Origin: Octopus vulgaris
Taxonomy: Eukaryota
NCBI GenBank assembly: GCA_951406725.2
Contig: OX597818.1
Span: 118,668,001-118,732,000 of the forward strand
Direction of reading: 5' to 3'
DNA length: 64,000 bases
The first letter of the stretch is position 1; each line of letters begins with the position of its first letter. The translations under genes were made by a program, and so were the position numbers. Shown here in pieces: positions 12,193 to 27,335 of the stretch. The notes below the pieces were generated by a model. It was not told the DNA's origin. It made no database searches and worked only from the letters and a program-made list of their open reading frames with translations.

Positions 12193-13461
12193 TACGGAAG
12201 GCATACAATTCGTATCGTTGTATCGTTTTTAACCTAAAGGTCTCTGCATAGTCTTCTTTTTGTTTACCGAACGTTTCTTTCACAGATTAATTAAATGCTT
12301 TCTTTAGCAAGCGCTCTTGTTATATTTTCTTTATTCTAGATCTCTCTATTCAGTTGTACCGAGTGCATTCATCCTTTATTTTTCAATTTATACAATGTAT
12401 CAATTTGTCTTGTCTCTAGTCCACCAATTAGAATCAATACTGCCATTCTTACTGAATAAATTAGATCGGTTAGTTTATAACTAATCGACTTGGTGTTTTT
12501 CAGGAAAAAATATCTTGTAGAAATTTTTCATATTTGCCAATATTTTACGTTGAGATGGTTATTTATTTCTAGCATCTTCGGGGGTTTCCTTTCATCGTCA
12601 TATCGATTTCTCCTGACCTCATCCGCTAATGTGTTTACTTTTTCCTTTTGTATCTTCTCAATTATAACTATGAATGATATATTGCAAAATGTGATTATGT
12701 TTTATTGGTTTATATATGTGAAGTTTGCATTGTACCTGTGTATTTAGATTAATCTCTCCACGGGCAATTCTACGACCTCATTGATTGTTTGTTTCTCCGT
12801 TTTCCTACTCTGTTCACGTCTGAATTCGATAATTCCTTAATTGCTTCTTGTTAGGTGGATCATGATACAATTTTAAATTTTCGGATCTGCGAAATGTTTC
12901 TTATATATACCCGTACTTTCGCATAAATATCACAAATATTTTGGAAACTCTCTTTATCTCTTTTTCCAACAACTTGTGCGTCTAGTTTATACAAGTAGTA
13001 TAAGTAGTATATATATTATATATGAGACAGAACTCTATAAGTAATATTCTATTTTTGATATTCCAAAATTCAATATAGTTTATACTGACCTAACGATCTG
13101 TTGTAAATTTGACTTACAAACACAATAAATCTATAAATTAATCGAATGGACATAGATCAAATCAAAATTTTGTGTTGAAATTTGACACATTCTCAGAAAC
13201 GAGGAAATATCGTTAGAACATAGCGTGTATTTAAGCCTATATATATACACGACTTCCGCAGAATATCACGTCTTCTCAAATAATATCAGAAACTTAAGTG
13301 TAACTGTCGAAAGTAGCATATGCTGGGGCACTGTCACCAAGAATAAGAACAATATAACTGACATAAATTACACTTTGCAATTGGATACTTAGATATTTAG
13401 ATTCTACACATGCTAGTAACATTATCCCTACGCTTGCTCGACCCTATCTCGAATACTATAG

Positions 13462-13678
13462 CTTTACTCTTTTACCTGTTTCAGTCATTTTACTGCGGCC
13501 ATGCTGGAGAACCGCTTTTAGTCCAGGAAAATCTACCCCAGAACTTATTCTTTGTAAGCCTAGTACTAATACTATCGGTCTCTTTTGCCGAGCTGCTAAG
13601 TTACGGGGACGTAAACACACCAGCATCGGTTGTCAAGCGATGTTGAGGGTACATACACAGACACAAAAACATATACAC

Positions 13679-13735
<57 letters not shown>

Positions 13736-13900
13736 TACGACGGGCTTCTTTCAGTTACCGTCTACCAACACCTCTCACAAGGCTTTGGTCGGCTCGATGC
13801 TATAGTAGAAGACACTTGCCCAAGGTGCCACGCAGTGGGACGGAACCCGGAACCATGTGATTGGTAAGCAAGCTACTTACCACAAACTACTCCTACGCTT
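13462..13900 (-). mobile_element. SINE family A with internal (TA)n
   Basis: Homology to the other family A copies. Confidence 0.92.
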
Positions 13901-14602
13901 TCTGAATTTTCTCTATGCCAAACTAAGCATTATGGAAATTTTGAGTCACTGCAGACGCTAAATACAAAAGTAAAATAAAGAAAAAAAACAGTAAAATAGA
14001 CGAAAGGCATTGATTGCAAGATGTGCTTCAAAACTTCCATTCCCTCCATCACATCCTTGAGGACTACAACCTTCCTGCAATACGAAAATATTCCGTTAAC
14101 ATTGATATCAAGACATCACGTTAACAAATAAGTCAAGATTTGGACACCGTGACATATGTTGTCTATGATGTCGTGTTTCACTTCATACAGCTGCATTGCT
14201 GCACAACATTTTTACTATTCAACTAGATGCTGCCAGGAGAAATCAAACAAAAATTTCCATTTATGAGGCCGATTCTCAGCCCTCCCTACCGTGACTCAGA
14301 AGAAACCCAGGATACGAAAACAGTAGGGCGATATATGTGTAGCTGCACTACACTGATACTGATTTTCAACAGAGATAAAACCGTTGTGGTAATTTTAGGA
14401 CAACAGACGTCAACATACCGCTGGAAAGAACTCCTGATCTTATGAGGTAGACGCCAGTATCTTACCTAATAAACCATGCGTCTTCAATCACACTTAGTCA
14501 CACACACACAAACGCACTCACATATATACATAACTATTTCTTTTACAAGACTTGCATTAATGGCAAAAATTATAGGGTATAGTATTATTTATCCGGGGTA
14601 AT

Positions 14603-15000
14603 AAGGCGGCGAGCTGGCAGAAACGTTAGCACGCCGGGCGAAATGCGTAGCCGTATTTCGTCTGCCGTTACGTTCTGGGTTCAAATTCCGCCGAGATTAA
14701 CTTTGCCTTTCATCCTTTCGGGGTCGATAAATTAAGTACCTCTTACGCACTGGAGTCGATGTAATCGACTTAATCCGTCTGTATGTCCGTGTTTGTTCTC
14801 TCTGTGTTTAGCCCCTTGCGGGTAGTAAAGAAATAGGAAGTCCGTTTGCCGCTAAGTTCTTAGTTCAAATTTCGCCGAGGTCGACTTTGTCTTACATCCT
14901 TTAGAAGTCGTCTAAATAAGCACCAGTTACGCACTGGAGGTCGATGTAATCGACTTAATCCCTTCCCTAAGCTGCCCTTGTGGCAAAATTTCAAATCAAT
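14603..15000 (+). mobile_element. SINE family B, full copy (14603-14837) plus tandem headless copy
   Basis: Head AAGGCGGCGAGCTGGCAGAAACGTTAGC; B-box-like GGTTCAAATTCC. Confidence 0.92.
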
Positions 15001-16037
15001 ATTTCTCGGAAGCAATTAATAGTCCTCGATATCATGCCTCTTTATGTGCGCCTACATTTTTGTGACGAAGCGTAAACTGTTGGGTAAACAGCTGAGTTTC
15101 TCCTTGCGAAAGTGGTCATTTAATCATCTGAAGAAATTTAAAATAAATGCATAAGAGTTATTCACCATCAGCTCACTTTGTTGTCTGTTCTCTCCCGCAT
15201 ATGTGACTTTGTTATTTGTCTTAATTATCTCTTCAGATATCTAGAATTGTTACAATACACAACGATGCAGATGTCACAATTAATATCAGCTTCGTGACCA
15301 TCGAATATCTTCAACATCAACAGATTCATAGCCATAGTCCCCATCGCCGTCATTATCGTTATCTCCATCACGAGTTTTATTTATAAATGTATTACTAAGA
15401 AGGAAGAAAAGAGGAGAACAATGAGAAAATGGGAGAAGTGACGATGGGAAGAGACAGAGAAATAAAGCAAAAGTGGTGTGTATAGCAATAGAAATATTGA
15501 CTACATGATGTACGACAATAATTCGAGTTAAAATTGATCGAAATCTCAAAAGTTATATGGACTATAGTATAGAAAGCAGTGCAGAGGTGACAATGTATAG
15601 AAAAGCTGGTGATTTTAGCACCAAGATCTTCACAGAGTTTAAGGTCATTATATTTCATTGTATGCTTAGAACAACATATACATTTACATATATATATATA
15701 TATATTTATATATATGTGTGTGTGTGTGTGTAGGGAACAAGTATAGTGTGTGCGTGTGAGTGTGTACGTGTGTGTGTCTCTGTATGCATCGATGTATGCG
15801 TGTATGTATGTGAGGGCGGTGTTGCGTCAGTGTGTTTAAGAATCTCTCTTTGTAATCACGCAGTTTCGGTATTAGTCCTCCAGCGCAACTGCTTGGACAA
15901 GTGGATCTGCCTACAGTTATGGTTAGAGTCGTGTTTTGTGACCAAATTACATAGGTAGAACATGCGTCTAAACTCGTCATACGTACATACATCTATATAT
16001 GTATTTATGTATGTATGTATGTATATATATATGTATG

Positions 16038-16112
<75 letters not shown>

Positions 16113-16625
16113 CAAATCGAATAACCAATATAAAAAACAAACAATAACAAAACAACATGGAGTGTGTTAGATTTTGAGGCTTCGAGGATAAATCTTCGTC
16201 GTAAAGGAAAACGGATAATGCCCGGAAGTTGAAAGAAACAGTGAAAGTGCTTTTTGGGCATTGAAGTTTGTGAAGATGTCTAATGAATATGTATATGTGA
16301 GTATGCGTGTGTACGTGAATGAGAGTTTCGTCTATGTTATTCTACCAATTATATACGTTTTTATTATTTTTTTGCAATTTACATAGTCATTGATATTTTA
16401 TTGTTATTTTAATTTTAATATTTCTATTATATGTAATTTTCTAGATGGTATAATTTAATTATTCATTTTGAATTCATAAAAGGTGGCATTTTTTTTCTAG
16501 GTAGGTAGGTGGTTAGGCTGGTAGCTAGGTAGATATACAGCAGGTAGTTGTATGTCGGTATGTATGTAATGTATGTATGCATGTGATGGCATGGTTGTAT
16601 GTGTATGTGAGCGTGTGTATGAACT

Positions 16626-16771
16626 GATTCTTATCGAGGTACCCGATGGTGCTGCGTGGAAATTTTCTGTAAAATATTTACCGTCAAAGAACATAATGCA
16701 AAAAATACAAAATTATACATACACACATACATACGTACATATATATATATGTACATGTATATATATATATG

Positions 16772-16870
<99 letters not shown>

Positions 16871-17198
16871 CATACATATATATATACACATATATATGTG
16901 TATATATATATATATATACGTATGTATGTATGCATGTATATATATATACATATATATATATGTATATATATAAATATATATATATATATAGATATATATA
17001 TATATAGATATGTATGTATATATACATATATATATTATGTATGCATGCACATATATACAGATATTTACATATATGTGTGTGGGGGGGGGTATAGATTTTG
17101 CGTGTGTGATTCTTATCAGTGTTTCCGACGGTGCTGCGTGGAAATACTATGTAAAAGATTTACAGTCAAAGAAAATAATGTAAAAGATACAGAATTAA
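16626..17198 (+). repeat. about 90-bp direct repeat (16626-16715 and 17108-17198) flanking a (TA)-rich microsatellite
   Basis: GATTCTTATC..GGTGCTGCGTGGAAAT..TGTAAAA.ATTTAC.GTCAAAGAA.ATAATG.AAAA.ATACA.AATTA occurs twice. Confidence 0.85.
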
Positions 17199-17752
17199 AG
17201 ACAAATAGCCTAAGAAAACAGAATAAACAGATGAAATGGAGAGAAACAATAGTCCTACAAGCGTTTGAGACATAACTAGAAACTAAATATGATATACCTA
17301 GAAATATATTTATATATGTATTTTGTGAATATATCGTCATCATTAGTGGCGAGATTGGTAGATAAATACAGAGCTCCTGGATCTAATGGAAACTGATAAA
17401 CAAACAACATTTATTCCAATTTGTTTGTATAATAGATGTATATACACATACATGTGTGTGTGTATGCAGATATATGCACATATATAAATTTATATATACA
17501 TATATATAGTAATTTTGTTTACTTATTATATATTGATTATTCATTTTGGTTCTTTTTGTGATCTAGTTATATATATTTTTTTTAATATATTTTATTTATG
17601 ATTTGGTTTATATTTATCATTGTTTGAATTGTATAATCGTGGTCTTTCTCTAATTTATATATTATATATTTATATTGCGAAATTTGATTTAATACTAAAT
17701 TGAATTTTTCCCTGTAAGTTTGGGGTTATACTCCCTAATATTATTATTATTG

Positions 17753-17796
<44 letters not shown>

Positions 17797-18669
17797 TATA
17801 TTATATGTATGCATGTACATATGTATACATATGCATTCATGCATAGGCCTCTGAGTTGAAGCAGAAGCAAGGCAGGCAGCTAAAGAGCTTGATTTGCTCA
17901 GAGTTTAAAGCCACATTGAATGATAGATTGATAGATAGATAGATAGATAGTTAGATCGTAGAAAAACATACCAGGTCAGTCACAGGTCATGAAGACTGTC
18001 ATTGAGAAGAAAATGTGCATAGAAACAATATAAAGATAATCTATGTGTCCTTGTTGAATGAAAAATAAAACTAAAACAAGTAAAATCTCTTGAAATATAC
18101 GCTGTGCTCTCACACAAGTTTCATTTTCATGGCTATTGACGTTAAAAAGTAATATAATAAAATAAGCGAGAACCTTATGATGTTGCTAAACTAAAAACGT
18201 CTAAACAAGCAGTTGTTCTTTAAGATATGATCATTTTAATTTTAAAAAATTATGTATTTCTTTTATGAAATTGAAAAGATGCTATTATACATTGTGGAAA
18301 GAAAAGATTAAGCTCAAAAATAGAATAAGTATATATTACCAAAGAAAAGAAGATAAATCACTTAATTTTCCAAGCGGATTATCAAAGAGAACGTTAAAAA
18401 AAGTCCATAAGAAATTGAAAACAGGAAGACTTGTAAAATAATAAGTTCGGTAAGTCATGGCAGGAAAAAATTTCATGTTTTTCAATATTTTAAATTAGAT
18501 TATTCACATACAAAGCATTATAAAATGATAAGTATGTAGAGCAGTAGCTAGAAATACGATGTCCCAGTAAAAGTCAGGTTACAAATTAAAATCTGTATAA
18601 AATACCGGAAAGAAAGGCACGAGCACATACCATAGCATACAGGCATATTTTTGAGTGTCTGTATAAAAG

Positions 18670-18985
18670 TGCACGGCTTAGTGGTTAGGCTATTCAGCTC
18701 GGGATTGTAAGGTCGTGATTTCAATTCCAGACGGCGAAACGTGTCCTTGAACAAGACGCTTTCTTTGACGTTGCTCCAGTCCACTCGGCTGTCAAAAATG
18801 AGTTGTACCTTCATTTCAAAGGGACAGCTTTGTTACATTCTGTGTCAGACAGAATTTCCATCAGAACTACGTGAAGAACAATTGTGCCAGTAGAGTGCTC
18901 AACCATTTTCAGGTTAATATCCTGATCAGGCTGTTTCGCTGATAGGATCAGCTGGAACCCTCGTAGTCGTTACCGAGAGAGCGCT
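18670..18985 (+). mobile_element. tRNA-derived SINE, family C-type head
   Basis: GGCTTAGTGGTTAGG (A box) .. TTCAATTCC (B box) .. GTGTCCTTGAACAAGAC .. TTGCTCCAGTCCACTC. Confidence 0.8.
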
Positions 18986-21900
18986 TGTGTTTATGTGTGG
19001 TATGTTGCGGGATGTTTGTGTGTGTACGTATGTGTGCACTAGTCAAATTATACACTCTAACAAAAGACTAATGATAGGTTTCTAAACCTTAAATAGAGTT
19101 CCATTGAATACACAAATTAAGTCGAATGAGCCATCAAATGTCATCTCCAAAGTTTGTTCAACGAAGTTGAGAATGACGAAGAAGTGAACCTTCAGGTACC
19201 ATAACAGTTTTAATTTTCTCTGCAATAACTAAAAGTGACAATAGACGTAATAATTCGGTCCCTTTAATTCACCAATTCAGAGGTCTACTAATTCAGAGAT
19301 TTCATTCGTCCAATAGTCACAATACACTGCTAGATCAGATAGACACCTGCCATGATAGTGAAAGATAGTTCTTCTCTGAAAACATAAAGCTTGAGGAGAC
19401 GACCATTCAGTCCCATTCATTTAACCATCGCAGAATCACACAAATTTTGAAATTTTACAGAGCACTTCCACGTAACACTGCAGATCCGAATTGCAAATGT
19501 TCGTAAAATCTTTAATTTTTTCTCGGTCCAGAGACCACCATATTCCGAAGACAGTCGAATAATGTTTACTTTAAATACTAAACATATATGCTTGGAATGT
19601 GATCCGAGTGTCATCCGAGAAATATCAAATTCAGATGTTTTTCCATGTCTTATCTATCGAATGTTGCTTGTTTACTCGAGGGATACAATATTATTAATTA
19701 GAATAAAAAAAAAAAATTCCACGGTATTTTCCCTGTAAACATACGTGCTGTATTCTGTAAACACGTATTCGAAACTGCTCACTGGTTCCCGTGCACAGCC
19801 TCCATTTTAAAAATCTATACATTTAGCTCCATATATTCATTTTACTGCAATATTTCCCTTTCGAGAAATCAACCATTGGACGTTGCAAATGAAACCGCAC
19901 TGTTACCTAATTACCCACCTGATCCGGTCATTCCGAGCATTACGCAACGGGGATAGCTTGTCCAATCTAAAACAACCAGTCTTCTGAAGTATTTCAGTTT
20001 ACGAATCACTGACCTTCATATGTCTCAGCCTCGAAGTTAACGACACGATCTTTTGAAACACTATGCTGCCTCACATTACAAACCTGACCCAAAATCTATT
20101 TATAAACTATCTGGATGGCCCGATGTGTTTTGTCCCTTCCACATTGGTAGATTCCTTATACCCAGACTACACCTTACGTTCACTTTGGACGTCTTCAGTA
20201 AGATTGTTATATTCTATTTTCCCACGAATTATTTTATCAGCATAGTAATCAAACTAAGCCTATAAAAGGAAATCGATAGCAAGAAAGCCCTTTGCTACAT
20301 GTGAAGACCAACTGTTATTGCTAATCGAAACATTGACTAGCAATGACCTGAAAAAACTCACCTTTACCACAGTTCTTCTGGGAAAGCTACATTCTATACA
20401 AGTCATAAAATATTATATAAAAATATAAGTTATTTCTTTCCCTCTAAGCACAATTATTTTGCATATTGTCGTTTCGTCTATTTGCAGTTGCAGCATCACC
20501 TTACTGCAAACCCCTTTATCCCTTGAGTGAATGTCCGTCAATAAACTCCCATCCATTGAGAGATTCAAATTTCAAGGATACCGACTACTTTCTAATCTCC
20601 TCATCTTTTTTTTTTTACCATAGTCCTGCATCCATAGATGTAGCCAACCAGATTTTACATGTACTAAAATGAACGATTCATTTTCCTTTGAAAAGCAGAC
20701 GTTATTTAACGTGTTTCTGAAAAAGCCAATCTACTACAGTAAACTTTCAGGCTACTTGGTATCATTATTTAGAAATTTCTTTTCTGTCTCCATCATATGC
20801 AACAAATCTAAATCATTTTCGTCTCCTAATCAACTGTCCGATGTTGATATTGCAGCTGCTTCTTCGATAGTCTTGCTATGCTACTGCTGTCATTATAAAT
20901 GCTATTTGTGATGGAGGCGGCTGTGATGTTGCTGATCAATGAGACAATGACCTCTCTATCGTAGACGTTTCAATCTGACCGCAGCGTAACCTTATTTAAT
21001 GACAGCTATGGTCGTAGACGATGAATCACTTCCGTCGCCGAGATCGAGAATATTAGTGTTTATGCTGCTAGTAAATATCGTGGAGATTTTAGTGGTGTTG
21101 TTATAAGCTGATGGTCGCTACCTCTACTGCCATCAGTTAACGAATGCGTGGCTAAAACTTACATATTTCCTCCTCCATTATTATAAGAATGTGAAAGTTC
21201 TCACCTGCTTACTTTCACTCTCATCTCTGGTCTTCATCGATTTCAGGTTCTCCGAAACAAATAACGCGCTTTTAAATATGTACTAATATAAAATATTTCG
21301 CTTTGTCTTTTGAATATGGCGTCAGGGCCATATACAATCTCCTCTTTATATAAATGGAATATTTGAAAACTAACGTAGCAACAAACATATTTTCTGTAAG
21401 GCTAAATCGAGAAACACGTTATCCCACTTTCTATTTCAATAAAAGTTCCTCAATAAAATACATTGTAATGTTTAATTTATCATAATTGTAAATATGGACA
21501 ATTTTAGTGACCTTTTCCCTCAATCAGTTGAGATAGATGTTAAACCTCATCAGAGATTACATGATTGTTATAAGTAGGAAAAGCAACGTGATACAATATA
21601 ATGATGTGCATCAATTTGACTCTCACTGCCTTAAGTGTTCATTACTATTTAATATAAACTCGGCAGACATCCGGTATTAGTAAATAATTCGTTTCTTGAG
21701 TACTATAAAGAACGAACATTTTGTCGCGATATAAACATTCGAAGTTAACTCTCACTGAAGAGACACAAAAAACTCAAAACACAGGTGTTATAATGTCACA
21801 GCCATTCACTCAGTCCAGTGTTTTATGTACTCAAATCGTCTGAAGGAAAACGCTTTACGAATGTAAATTATTTAATCGAATTGCATACTTGCGTTCAAAT

Positions 21901-22834
21901 CTTTCGGAAAGTATTATGAATGAAAATATAGCTCTTTGAAATATCAGATATATTTCAATAATTTATTCGTGTGGATAAGTTGAGGTCCAAAAGTATTTTC
22001 CTCGTTGAGCGTGAAATTATTTTTAACACCACAATCCATTCATCTAGAAAGAAAAAAATTGTTTCATTAAGACGCTAAAGAAGATGAATGAAATGTTATA
22101 GAGATTGAGACTGCTCTTTCAATTGTTTAACAAAAGGTTTCTCTCAAAAACGGAATTCAGTTCCAGAATAATTTATTATATAAATTTATATTTTTGAATA
22201 TATGGAATAAATATGAGCAAGAATATTCCAGAGCAGATATGCATATTATATTTAGAATAGCTGCCATATGCACTAATCATGTGGTTCTGTTGTCATTCTC
22301 GATATCAAGTTATTTCCGTTTCACCGGTCAGTAAGATGAATTCAATCTTTCAATACAACAATAAAGAGATTCTATTAAGCTAGTTATTATTATATTTGGT
22401 ACAATGTAAATTCAGGAAAAGGCCACGAAACGCAACTTTGAATTTTGAACCAATCTATTTTCATATTTTTCTAAATTTACCAGGATTATTATGCATGCAG
22501 GAAGGAATAACGGAGACGTGGGTTCACCACGATGTGAAAGCTTTCTTTTCTCTCTTTTCACATCAACTGATAATACGTTAACAATGTAAGGAATATCCTC
22601 ATGAACTGGGATTCAAAAATCATCAACCAATACTACGATGTTCTAACTAAATGTGAAATAATAATTCTAGTAGGTATTGTTAGCTGTCCATTATGGACAT
22701 TTCAATGTACAAATGATGCTTAACAAAATATAATACTTGATTATAAGTGAGAGGTATATGTGTGCATGTATGTAGTCATGTATATGCATATATCTATGTA
22801 TATGTCTGTATGTATATAACTTTACATGTATATG

Positions 22835-22877
<43 letters not shown>

Positions 22878-22989
22878 GTGCATGCTTACATACATATATA
22901 TATTCATACATAAACACACGCATAAACACTTATATATACACTTACACAAATATGTGTGTTTGTATGTATGTCTGGATGTATGTATATGC

Positions 22990-23146
22990 CATTATTTAGT
23001 TTATTTCAAGATTTCTTGTCAATAGAGAAAGAATCGATTTTTCACCTAGATCCAAGGCTCCTTCATTGGAACTACACCATCAGCAACGAGGTGTTTTGTA
23101 TGTATGTATGTATGTATGTATGTATGTATGTATGTATGTATGTATG

Positions 23147-23177
<31 letters not shown>

Positions 23178-23892
23178 GTATGTATATATGTATGTATGTA
23201 TGTATGTAAAGTTAATCCAAACATGAAAACACAACAACGCGAGGACGCGGAACAAGTATAGTGTTATTGGACGTTCAGGAAAGGAAAGAAAGAAGGGGAA
23301 TTTAACGTTTCGAGCGAATCTTTTCGTCAGAAACACAGAAAAAAGAAAGGTCCAAGGAAGGGAAAATCGCCATGTAGATTTGTATGTTTTATGTATGTAT
23401 CCTCATGCTTATAGTTACATATCTAGACTTGCTCATATATATTTAAATGATGAACTTTTGGAAAGTTTTACAGATTTGTATTGGATCTGTAGTCTTCGAA
23501 TTATCTTTCTCCTTTCTGCTTTTGAGAAGCCTAATTTCTCAAGTTTTGTATTTAGGATGTGATTTACATATCCGAGGGCCCAAATAATTACAGGTATAAA
23601 CCTGAACTTGTAATCTGGATAAAATAACTGCAGATTTCTCAATGGTTAAGCATAGGTGTTCTATTTCGCACTGATTTTCACCTTTATCTTAACATCCGCT
23701 GAGCAGCTATTTTCCATAACTGTGTACAGTTTCTCTTCTTTATCCCAAGTCTTATGATGGTTTTCACATGAATGGGTCAGATCTCATCAAGCGTCCAATC
23801 AAGCATCCCAAATGTTGGTATGAGTATTGGCACTGCAAACACATTATGAGCCACAATTTTATTAAATGCAGAGAGTTCTGAGGTTCAAATTT
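22990..23892 (-). mobile_element. RLE-type (R4-like) non-LTR retrotransposon remnant, copy 1, in (TACA)n
   Basis: WDKEEKLYTVMENSCSADVKIKVKISAK*NTYA*PLRNLQLFYPDYKFRFIPVIIWALGY at 23430-23750; 3' UTR 22990-23090 matches 23947-24040; interrupted by (TATG)n and a foreign block at 23209-23370. Confidence 0.8.
23300..23334 (-). ncRNA. degenerate minimal type-I hammerhead ribozyme-like motif (Penelope-like element pLTR remnant)
   Basis: Minus strand GUUU-CUGACGA-AAAGAUUCGCUC-GAAA-CGUU-AAAU: both catalytic boxes present, palindromic stem III, stem II imperfect. Confidence 0.5.
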
Positions 23893-23946
23893 ATGTATGT
23901 AACTGTATATGTATGTATATATATATATATATTTATGTATGTATGT

Positions 23947-24530
23947 CATTATTCAGTTTTATCTCAAGATCTTTGCCAACAGAAAAAGAGCCGTTTTGTA
24001 ACCTAGATCAACGGCTCCTTTACTGGAATTCAACAGCCTATTTTGGCTTTTATGTATATGTGCAGTATTTGCAGTCAGTGCAGGTTCGCATTGTTGAATT
24101 TTGCTTTAGGCAAGTATTTTCATGCATAAAGTTGCTGGTCCAAACATACGCACATATACCTAACTGATAAACTTCCGGCAAGTTTTACAGATTTTTACAG
24201 TTCCAGTCATGGTTTGGATGTGTTGTCTTCGAATAAGCGTTCTCCTCCTGCGTTTGAGAAGCCTTGTTTCCTACGATTGGTACTCAGGCAGTGTTTTACA
24301 TACCCTAATGCCCCAATAATTACTGCTATAAATCTGAGCATGCAGTCGTGTAGAGTTACTATAGATTTCTCAATAGTTCAACGTACGTATTTCTTTATCG
24401 CTGATCTTTAGCTTTACTTCAACACCAGCTGCACACAGTCTCCCTTATCTGTCGCAAATCATTATGTCACGTCTATTATGTTTACATTTGATTAATATTT
24501 TCACTGTTATGAGTGTTTATTGTTTCTACC
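23947..24530 (-). mobile_element. RLE-type (R4-like) non-LTR retrotransposon remnant, copy 2, in (TACA)n
   Basis: KCKHNRRDIMICDR .. FIAVIIGALGYVKHCLSTN; same 3' UTR as copy 1, followed on the minus strand by ACATACATAC; (TATG)n at 24598-24680 lies upstream. Confidence 0.75.
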
Positions 24531-24814
24531 ATACTGTAAGTTCTTATTACTTTAGCCTCAACGTTATCCTTTCGACGGATCTCATTATACGATGTGTGTA
24601 TGTATGTATGTATGTATGTATGTATGTATGTATGTATGTATGTATGTATGTATGTATGCATGTATGTATGTATGCATGCATGCGTGTATGTATATGTACG
24701 TATAGAGAGACAGAGTGACAGAAGGTGAAATGGGTATCAATGGCTGCTGAATTTCCACGATTGCTCTGAAATCTACAAGAATTTCTGCTGATTTTCATTT
24801 TTGACTTTCTTTTC

Positions 24815-25038
24815 TTCTTTTATTCTTTTATTTGTTTCAGTCATTTGACTGCGGCCATGCCGGAGCATGGCCTTTAGTCGAGCAAATAGACCCCAGAACT
24901 TATTCTTTGTAAGCCTAATACTTATTCTACCGATCACTTTGGCCGAACCGCTAAGTGACTGGGACATAAACTCACCACCATCGATTGTCAAGCGATGTTC
25001 GAGGACAAACACAGACACACAAACATATAAATACACAT

Positions 25039-25085
<47 letters not shown>

Positions 25086-25265
25086 AATATATATATATAT
25101 ATATACATACATATATACATACGACGGACTTCTTTCAGTTTCCGTGTACCAAATCCCCTAACAAGGCTTTGATCGGCCCGAGGCTATAGTAGAAGACACT
25201 TGCACAAGGTGAACCCTGAACCATGTGGTTGGTAAGCAAGCTACTAACCACACAGCCACTCCTGT
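24815..25265 (-). mobile_element. SINE family A with internal (CA)n(TA)n
   Basis: Homology to the other family A copies. Confidence 0.92.
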
Positions 25266-26042
25266 TTAAATTCGACTTGTTTAAATTCCAATATATTGTA
25301 CCGAATTTGTTGATTTGTTAGGAAAAAAAAACCTTTGAAAACGATAAGCATCTTTATTGACTAGACTTATCTTACATCAAGAGTGCTGTTAACATTTAAC
25401 TGTTATCTTTACGTCGAGAAATTAACGCTACATAGAAAAAGTTACATACTTGAGAAAACCCTATTTTTGTTTACTTCTCATTTCTATTGTGAGAAAGTTT
25501 CTATAATTATTTAAAAATTAGAAGTCAGTATACAAAAAGAACCCGTAGAAATTCGACATACCATTTTTGTGTTTCATTATCTAGTTTAATTGTTACCTCT
25601 ATGGCCTATAATGATAATTAATTGCCTACTTAATGCCTAAGTGAAGTACAGATGCTACATTAATTCAACAACTAATTCTACTACGCTCTGATATCAATTG
25701 AAGTTCGATATTTATAAAGTATTATGATTTATTCGCAAAGGAGAGGATGCTGGCACTCTATCTTCAATAATTTACTTTGATCAATTACTGACTGGAAAGT
25801 ATAGAAGATTTCTGTGTATTAGGATATATGTCTTTCAAGGCAAGATGAGAAAATTGCAAAAATATTCACATCATGTAGAAATTGATATAATCTCTCAAGA
25901 GGTCATGCAGTATAAAATATATTCAATTTGCAATACAGCTCAGCACAAAATATTTGTGACTTAATCGAAGGTGACATATGGACTGAATAGAAATAATAAT
26001 CGAAATAACGACCAAGTGGTGGAATATACAAGACCTTGGAAA

Positions 26043-26455
<413 letters not shown>

Positions 26456-27176
26456 AAAGAATACAGAATATAAAAACACGAATACTTACGTACACGCACC
26501 TGCTTATATATATGTACACACACATATATCTATATAGATAAATATATATGTATATACAGATACACACATATGTATATATATATCTATATATATATATATA
26601 CATACATATATATATATATATACATATATACATACATACACGCACGCACATCAAACATTTTCAATAATATAAATATTCATACTTACACTAAGAATCATTC
26701 TTAGATCTACATATGCCCTCGGCAGCATTCCAGCCCGATATTATCAGATTTACTTTAAAGATTTTCAATATTCGTAACAATTCTTTTGAAACTAATCAGT
26801 CGAAGAACTCTATCGCCAGCTATTTATATAACCACAAGATTCCTGTAGCAATTTGCATTCCTCAACACTGCCTATAGAGTTGTTTAGTTCACTGTTTATA
26901 TCATGGCTAATTGGATAACGGAAGTAAGAAGGTGGTGTAGTCTGTGCGCGGCTTTTTTTTTGTTTGTGTTTTTTAGTATGATTTTAGTTCTTTTTTCCAC
27001 AATTTTCCAAGGTTGTATTGCTTTTTCCTATGTTATTTCTTCCCTTTCAATCCTGTTTTTTCTTTCCTTTTATTAGCTCCAAGAATCTTTGCGACTTCTG
27101 TATATTGCAGCATCATTTTCTTAATTACTGTACAAGTCAATAAGTTTTATGACGGTTCAGAATACGTTATAGACCT

Positions 27177-27335
<159 letters not shown>

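Noticed and set aside
19060-20400. Possible very old LINE remnant
   Set aside because: The composition is suggestive, but I could not read any convincing APE or RT motif.
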